A program made the translations under genes and the position numbers. Source: Candidatus Saccharimonadales bacterium (GTDB lineage Bacteria > Patescibacteriota > Saccharimonadia > Saccharimonadales > JBBQAJ01). From it: a stretch of 64,000 nt of DNA. Location: contig JBBQAJ010000001.1 in the NCBI GenBank assembly GCA_038316195.1, forward strand, positions 27,680 to 91,679, given 5' to 3'. A model generated the notes under the pieces. The model was given only the letters and a program-made list of their open reading frames with translations, was not told the DNA's origin and made no database searches. Below, piece by piece: positions 58,560-64,000 of the stretch; position 1 is the stretch's first letter; each line of letters begins with the position of its first letter.

Positions 58560-59246
58560 CGTGGCGCATCTAGTCTTGCTTTGGAAAACTCAATAGAAAG
58601 CATCAAGGCAGCAATAAAAGCTGGTGTTGATGCCGTGGAAATAGACATAAGAGCGACCAAAGATAATAAGCTTGTTTTGTGCCATGATAAAAACACAGGT
58701 AAAGTCAGCAGTGAATCTTTAAATATAAATGAAAATAACATTTCGAAACTACTAAAAGTAAGATTAAACAACGGACAGTATATGCCGTCGCTTGATCAAG
58801 CAATAACGGCTGCTTCAAATACGCCTCTGTTCATCGAAGGCAAAGACAGTCACTGGGCAAGGCCACTGTTCAAAACACTCAAAAACTACAAAAACTTAAC
58901 TGAAACTTGCGTAATTTCTTTTAATCATCAAGAACTTTTTACCTTTAGTCAGCTTATGCCGGACATTACTGTTTATGCTGCCGAAAATACGAATCCTTTT
59001 GAAGTAATTCGAGATGCACGATTATTTGGATTCGACGGGATTGATATCAATTTTTGGCTATTAAATCCCCTCACTTATTTTTTGGCACGAATCCACAAAC
59101 TAGATATAATCGTATATACTGTGAATAAACAGTGGATTGTTCGATTCATACAAGTTTTCTACCCAAATATCAGTATAACTACAGACACGCCTGATCAATT
59201 CCAATTTTTGCGCAAGAAGCATCGTAAACACACAAATGCAAGCTAA
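58542..59246 (+). CDS. Glycerophosphodiester phosphodiesterase family protein
   Basis: MKIIGHRGAS...ENS...AVEIDIRATKDNKLVLCHD (HR(G)xxE...E.D.H.D motifs). Confidence 0.75.
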   Translation: MKIIGHRGASSLALENSIESIKAAIKAGVDAVEIDIRATKDNKLVLCHDKNTGKVSSESLNINENNISKLLKVRLNNGQYMPSLDQAITAASNTPLFIEGKDSHWARPLFKTLKNYKNLTETCVISFNHQELFTFSQLMPDITVYAAENTNPFEVIRDARLFGFDGIDINFWLLNPLTYFLARIHKLDIIVYTVNKQWIVRFIQVFYPNISITTDTPDQFQFLRKKHRKHTNAS

Positions 59247-59934
59247 ACTAGTCCAAGTTGAAAATACTGCCAAAAATATAAAAACACTCTGGTTTATTCC
59301 AGAAAAAAATCTAGATTATTCGGCAGGTCAGTTTATTGAGATGACATTAAATCATGATAATGTTGACAATCGTGGTCAAAAACGTTGGTTTACTTTATCA
59401 TCAGCCCCAACCGAGAAATTAATAAGCATAACTACAAAACAATCTGCAAACAGAATGAGTAGTTTTAAGACGAGATTATTTAATTTGAAATATGGTGACT
59501 CAGTAAAAATATCTGAACCCATGGGTGATTTTGTTTTACCCAAAAATATTAAAATACCATTAGTTTTTGTTGCAGGTGGAATAGGTATTACTCCTATGAG
59601 AAGTATGGTCAAATGGTTAATTGACACAGATGAATTTCGAAATATAAAATTGATTTATGTTGTTAATAATGTTAATGACATTGCGTTTAAAAATTTATTT
59701 GAAAGATATAGGCTCGATCCAAACTTTATTCTGACAGCAGACAAAAATTCAAAGCAATCCACAGTTAATCAAATTCTGCCAATGATTGAGCAAAATATAT
59801 TAGGCAATTATCTCAAGCCATTAATCTACGTTTCTGGTCCAGAGCCCTTTACTGAATTGTTAGAAAATAAACTAAAACTTACCGGTATTGCTAGTGAAGA
59901 TCTAATTTTAGATTTTTTTCCCGGTTATAAATAA
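59236..59934 (+). CDS. Ferredoxin-reductase-like FAD/NAD(P)-binding oxidoreductase
   Basis: RWFTLSS (RxYS-type FAD motif), GGIGITPM NAD(P) motif. 232 aa, no Fe-S domain. Confidence 0.6.
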   Translation: MQAKLVQVENTAKNIKTLWFIPEKNLDYSAGQFIEMTLNHDNVDNRGQKRWFTLSSAPTEKLISITTKQSANRMSSFKTRLFNLKYGDSVKISEPMGDFVLPKNIKIPLVFVAGGIGITPMRSMVKWLIDTDEFRNIKLIYVVNNVNDIAFKNLFERYRLDPNFILTADKNSKQSTVNQILPMIEQNILGNYLKPLIYVSGPEPFTELLENKLKLTGIASEDLILDFFPGYK

Positions 59935-60095
59935 GACTAGGACTTATGTAATGATATACGATCATCCGTCTGAATGTAAGAATGTGTATGGCATTCTGGA
60001 ATCTTTTTTAATATTGTTAGGGGCATTTTCAACGTTCGTGCTTTTCTTTACCATAACTCTGCGACCTCACAAAGTGACATCGCATGAAACACTAT

Positions 60096-61052
60096 TTATA
60101 TACGTTCTTTTTCTTCAAGATAATTTCGTACCATCACAGCCGCAGTTGCCCCCTCACCTGTGGCACTCGCAATCTGCATATTAGCACCACTTCTGACATC
60201 TCCAGCCGCAAAAATACCTCTAACATTTGTCTCAAGGTCTGTGGCAGTTTTAACCATTCCGATTTTATCGAGCTCTATAGGTCCATCAGATAGGAACTGA
60301 GTATTCGGCATGAGCCCTATAAAAACAAATATTCCATCTGTATCAATTTCAATTTTTTTACCATCTTGCTTGCCTACAACTCTTACAACTCTATTTACAC
60401 CATCTATTTCTTCGCCGACTATTGCGTCAGTAGTAGTTCCTAAATGTACTGTAATTTTATCCGAATGTTTTGCTAGTTCATGCTGCAAAATTTCACTTGC
60501 TTTTATAGTACTTCTAACAAACAAATCTATATGGCTAGCAAATTTAGTGAGAAATATTGCTTCTTGGACTGCAGAATTGCCACCCCCTGATACAACTAAT
60601 TTTTTGTCGCGATAAAATGCTCCGTCACAGGTCGCACAATAATGTACGCCCCGAGCGTAATATTCTTTTTCGCCAGGGATATCAAGTTTTTTATAATCGC
60701 TTCCCGTCGCAATAATTACTGATTTTGCATATATGTCACCGTCTGTTGTTTCCAGTTTTTTCAAGTCGCCTTCAATTGATAGCCTAAGAACTTCTCCATA
60801 TCTAATATCTGCTCCAAAGCGCACTGCTTGTTTTTCCAAGTTTTCTGCAAGTTCCAAACCGGCTATTCCTTCTGGAAAGCCTGGGTAGTTATCCACCCAG
60901 TCAGTGACAGCTGCCAGTCCACCAACTGCACCTTTTTCAAATAATACAGTATCAATATCTTCACGAGTAGTATAAATTGCCGCGGTAAGCGCAGCTGGTC
61001 CCGCCCCTACAACTACTAAATCATGTATTTCCTTAATCTTGCCTTCTGCCAT
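60096..61052 (-). CDS. trxB: Thioredoxin-disulfide reductase
   Basis: GAGPAALTAA, redox-active CATCDG, GGGNSAVQEA. Confidence 0.9.
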   Translation of the reverse strand: MAEGKIKEIHDLVVVGAGPAALTAAIYTTREDIDTVLFEKGAVGGLAAVTDWVDNYPGFPEGIAGLELAENLEKQAVRFGADIRYGEVLRLSIEGDLKKLETTDGDIYAKSVIIATGSDYKKLDIPGEKEYYARGVHYCATCDGAFYRDKKLVVSGGGNSAVQEAIFLTKFASHIDLFVRSTIKASEILQHELAKHSDKITVHLGTTTDAIVGEEIDGVNRVVRVVGKQDGKKIEIDTDGIFVFIGLMPNTQFLSDGPIELDKIGMVKTATDLETNVRGIFAAGDVRSGANMQIASATGEGATAAVMVRNYLEEKERI

Positions 61053-61206
61053 ATTTTCCTTAATTCTTAATCATTCTATCAAATCGTTCCTATGAATCAC
61101 AGTGCTCACAATTCAAGGCATAACTGCATGATGGAGCTTAATTTAGCACATAGTTCGCCAAGAAAACACAAATAACTTCTAAAAAACAATGTGCCGACTG
61201 TGGTTT

Positions 61207-61455
61207 CTAGGCAATGGCGGGGGCTAATTTGGCTAAATTGAAGCCAATAACAACTTCACGACTATCATCTCCTTTAGTAACAACTGTTACTGGGACAGAC
61301 AATGCACCACTCAATTCGAATGCTTCTTTTTGTCGCTCCGGGCTTGTGTCTAAATTAACCTCTTCGTATTCGTAGCCTTTTGCTCCCAGCCACTTTTTAA
61401 CCATGCCACAGTAAGCGCAGGTGTTTGTAGTGAAAATGGTAATGTTTTTGACCAT
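61207..61455 (-). CDS. Glutaredoxin-like/NrdH-like small redoxin
   Basis: CAYC active site within ITIFTTNTCAYCGMVKKWL. 82 aa. Confidence 0.65.
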   Translation of the reverse strand: MVKNITIFTTNTCAYCGMVKKWLGAKGYEYEEVNLDTSPERQKEAFELSGALSVPVTVVTKGDDSREVVIGFNLAKLAPAIA

Positions 61456-61485
61456 GATTTTCTCCTTGTTTGTGATTTTTAAATT

Positions 61486-61515
61486 TATCTACTACATTAT
61501 ATATAGTGTTTATGG
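61486..61515 (-). promoter_or_regulatory. Candidate sigma-70-type promoter (TTTACA-N18-TATAAT) for redoxin/trxB transcription unit
   Basis: On the minus strand, TTTACA (61515..61510) and TATAAT (61491..61486). Strong AAGGAGA Shine-Dalgarno 7 nt upstream of ATG 61455. Confidence 0.3.
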
Positions 61516-61595
61516 TAATTGTAAATACCCTATATGTTGTGCTTTTTGCCTTTTTAGTTAGATTTCCAAAATGAAGAATCTAAAATTCGAATCGA

Positions 61596-62162
61596 TTATT
61601 TTCCAATCTTTACAAGTTCGATATCAAAAACTAGTGGGGCATTTGCAGGGATACCTGATCCACTTGGTGGGTTTGCACCGTATGCTTGATCAGCAGGAAT
61701 AATTAATCTACGCTTTCCACCTACTTTCATACCAGGGACTCCTTCAGTCCAGCCTTTTATAACTTGATCTAGAGGAAATGCTACAGGTTGACCGGTATCA
61801 TGAGAACTTTGGAAAATTATTCCGGTTGCAGCTACGGCGCCTGTATAATGTGCCGTTACAGTGTCGCCGGCCTTTACAACATCACCTGATCCTTGTACTA
61901 AGTCTACTTTGTCTAGTTTATCTACCTTATCAACTGTTTGAAAATCTGCTAGTTTAGTTCCCTGCAACTGGCCCTCCTTTGGTTGTTGGTTTGCTTGTGG
62001 ATTATTTGCATCTTTCTTAATCTGCTGGATGCTTTGACTGGCTGTGTCTATTTTTTTCTGTTGCCTGGCCTGCAAAATTACTATCACGCTGACCGCCGCT
62101 GTGGTGCCGAAAAACAACAAAGCACCTGCAAGCGCAAAAACACGCTCATGCGTTTTCGCCAT
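61596..62162 (-). CDS. FKBP-type peptidyl-prolyl cis-trans isomerase, membrane-anchored or secreted
   Basis: N-terminal hydrophobic anchor. The FKBP domain contains VTAHYTGAVAATGIIFQSSHD...IKGWTEGVPGMKVGGKRRLIIP. Confidence 0.85.
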   Translation of the reverse strand: MAKTHERVFALAGALLFFGTTAAVSVIVILQARQQKKIDTASQSIQQIKKDANNPQANQQPKEGQLQGTKLADFQTVDKVDKLDKVDLVQGSGDVVKAGDTVTAHYTGAVAATGIIFQSSHDTGQPVAFPLDQVIKGWTEGVPGMKVGGKRRLIIPADQAYGANPPSGSGIPANAPLVFDIELVKIGK

Positions 62163-62234
62163 AAACTACCTCCCTTTTAATTATTATTAGTATACTTACA
62201 TTCAGTTCTATTCGATATGGTATTTTGCGCAACA

Positions 62235-62672
62235 CTAAAATTCTATAACACCAACAGGCCACCCATTCTTAAGTGCGCTTAATATATGTTGTTTTAAATC
62301 TTTCGATACAAATGGTTTAGTGTGTAAATCTTCCAATAGCATCCAGCCAGGAATATACAAGTTATCACCTGAATCATGGATTATTTTTTCCTGTGAATCG
62401 TATCTCAATTGTGGTTCTCCACTCACGTAATTACATACGAATACATATTGATCTCCATAAGGTTGACCTGCGTGATCTATAAATACTAGTCTTGGATCTG
62501 AAATTTGAACAGTTGTTTCTTCTGCTAGTTCGCGTACTAAAGCTTCATTTAAACTTTCATTAATTTCTACACCACCACCAGGCAATGTGTCGTACTCTTT
62601 GCCAAATTTGTTTCTATGAATTACCAATAATTTACCATTTTTAATTATTATCGTTCGAACTGCTTTTCTCAT
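62235..62672 (-). CDS. Nudix hydrolase
   Basis: Nudix box LPGGGVEINESLNEALVRELAEETTV. Confidence 0.65.
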   Translation of the reverse strand: MRKAVRTIIIKNGKLLVIHRNKFGKEYDTLPGGGVEINESLNEALVRELAEETTVQISDPRLVFIDHAGQPYGDQYVFVCNYVSGEPQLRYDSQEKIIHDSGDNLYIPGWMLLEDLHTKPFVSKDLKQHILSALKNGWPVGVIEF

Positions 62673-62750
62673 TTAAGCGAATTCTTAAAAATAATCTTCG
62701 CCAACATTGAGTCAGACATATCAGAGGATGAATTGCAAAAGTCTTTCATT

Positions 62751-64000
62751 TTATCCCGAAATATCATAAGACTGGAGTCTCTTCTTGGTAATTTCTTTAT
62801 CTTTGCCATTTTGTAGTTTGAGTAATTTATCATAAATTCCACCACTTGTTGCAAGTTCGCCTGGGGTACCTATTTCATCAATCTTACCACCACTTATGGT
62901 TACAATTTGATCTACATTTTGTATTGTACTCAATCTGTGAGCTATTATTATTGTTGTTCTACCTCTCATAAGGTGTTGTAGAGCTTCCTGAACCATTGAT
63001 TCTGATTTGCTATCTAAGCTGCTAGTTGCTTCATCTAATATTAAAATTGGGGCATCTTTCAATAAAGCTCTAGCTATTGCAATGCGCTGCTTTTGACCAC
63101 CACTTAATTTTAAGCCTCTCTCACCAATTTCTGTTTTATAGCCATTTTCAAGTTTTGCTACAAATTCATCAGCATTTGCAGCTTTTGCCGCCGTGGCAAC
63201 TTGTTTGTCATTTGCGCCAGGTTTAGCATATGCAATATTTTCATGAATTGTTCCACTAAAGAGAGCTGGATCTTGGAAAACTACCCCAATATTTTCACGA
63301 AGTGACCGTTGAGTTACTTCAGAAATTGCCTGACCATCTATTGTTATCTCGCCACTTTCAGGTTCATATAATCTGAGCAGTAGGTTGACGAGTGTGGTTT
63401 TACCTTCACCACTTTCTCCGACAAGTGCTATTTTTGAATCAGATTTGATGTGTAAATTTATGTCTTTCAATACGGGTTGGTATTTGTCATAACTAAAATT
63501 TAACTTTTCAAATTTAATTACACCGTCTGATATTTCTAATTCTGTCGCTCCTGGTTTGTCGTTAGATTCTGGACGTTCGCTCATAACTTCAAAAAAGTCT
63601 TTGCTATTAGAAATTGCCCTCTGAGTTCTATCTACCAAAAAGCTAATACTAAAAATAGGAATACGTATTAGAGATGCGTACTGAATTAGTAAAACCATCG
63701 TTCCGATTGTATATTTGCCCCTAGCAGTCTCAACAAATATGTACATGAAAACTACAAAAAATATAAGCGCTAAAACTATTCGTCGCAAAATGTCCTGTTT
63801 GTGCCAATATTGACTTTGTGGCGCAACATTTTTTATAGCTCTATCCAAATACCTGTCGAAATATTTTAACTCTCGGATTTCTTGTATGAAACTTTTTACG
63901 ACTTTTACCTGGCCAATACTTTCGGCAAACCTACCACTCGCAATATCTAAATCTTGGTTTATTTGTTTTTGGTAATCTTGCCATCTTGTGCTTGTCTGGG
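62751..64000 (-). CDS. ABC transporter permease/ATP-binding protein (MsbA-like exporter), N-terminus beyond window
   Basis: Walker A GESGEGKTT, ABC signature LSGGQKQR, Walker B ILILDEAT, H-loop. The frame continues upstream of the track's TTG start (…FAESIGQVKVVKSFIQEIRELKYFDRYLDRAIKNV) to the window edge. Confidence 0.8.
   Translation of the reverse strand, partial: QTSTRWQDYQKQINQDLDIASGRFAESIGQVKVVKSFIQEIRELKYFDRYLDRAIKNVAPQSQYWHKQDILRRIVLALIFFVVFMYIFVETARGKYTIGTMVLLIQYASLIRIPIFSISFLVDRTQRAISNSKDFFEVMSERPESNDKPGATELEISDGVIKFEKLNFSYDKYQPVLKDINLHIKSDSKIALVGESGEGKTTLVNLLLRLYEPESGEITIDGQAISEVTQRSLRENIGVVFQDPALFSGTIHENIAYAKPGANDKQVATAAKAANADEFVAKLENGYKTEIGERGLKLSGGQKQRIAIARALLKDAPILILDEATSSLDSKSESMVQEALQHLMRGRTTIIIAHRLSTIQNVDQIVTISGGKIDEIGTPGELATSGGIYDKLLKLQNGKDKEITKKRLQSYDISG

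Noticed and set aside
59979-60009. Hairpin AGAATG-N7-CATTCT followed by TTTTTT as the terminator of the FNR-like gene
   Set aside because: The T-run is separated from the stem by 6 nt and the stem is weak (6 bp, AT-rich). This is not convincing as an intrinsic terminator.
1-64000. Mobile elements, prophage, or defence islands (RM, toxin-antitoxin, Abi)
   Set aside because: I found no integrase, transposase, recombinase, methyltransferase-endonuclease pair or recognisable toxin fold in any frame. I found no flanking tRNA-associated att repeats.

Overview
The window is dense, mostly minus-strand bacterial chromosome with low GC. Almost all genes are core housekeeping genes with short or overlapping intergenic spacers. 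I found no integrase, transposase, CRISPR array or rRNA.

Recognisable content, in order:
- trigger factor (3'-truncated at the window edge)
- hisS next to a his fragment (hisI, short-form hisG)
- a block of three membrane-anchored or secreted hypothetical proteins, one built from ~45-aa tandem repeats with a peptidoglycan-binding-like tail
- tRNA-Leu(UAG) with an encoded CCA
- guanylate-kinase-like kinase, UbiA prenyltransferase, rsmD, recG, tyrS
- class A PBP with a long C-terminal extension, radA, clpC preceded by a perfect CIRCE element, nusA, pepN, rnhB, rplS, malic enzyme
- pilB-type ATPase, SpoU methyltransferase, CAP-domain protein, dnaE, galU
- gatC-gatA-[unknown 128-aa gene]-gatB, uvrB
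- a glycolysis / pentose-phosphate cluster: PfkB kinase, class II fba, split transketolase, rpe, rpiB, gap
- ppa, a glycerophosphodiester phosphodiesterase, a ferredoxin-reductase-like / trxB / glutaredoxin-like redox trio, FKBP, two Nudix hydrolases
- a 5'-truncated MsbA-like ABC transporter at the window edge

The gene content (split tkt, minimal biosynthesis, type IV pilus ATPase, encoded-CCA tRNA) suggests a reduced-genome, Gram-positive-like lineage, possibly Saccharibacteria or another CPR organism. That is inference only.

The most unusual locus is 46.9-51.4 kb. It holds a LOG-family protein, a 418-aa orphan, a predicted fusion of a YqeG/Gep4-type HAD phosphatase with a CDP-alcohol phosphatidyltransferase, and a PfkB kinase.

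Other points of interest:
- a translationally coupled unknown gene inserted inside gatCAB
- an HrcA-type CIRCE operator plus a second palindrome in front of clpC
- a 580-bp non-coding island carrying a degenerate direct repeat
- three members of the PLC / P1-nuclease / DUF457 clan, including an inverted pair of 149-aa paralogs
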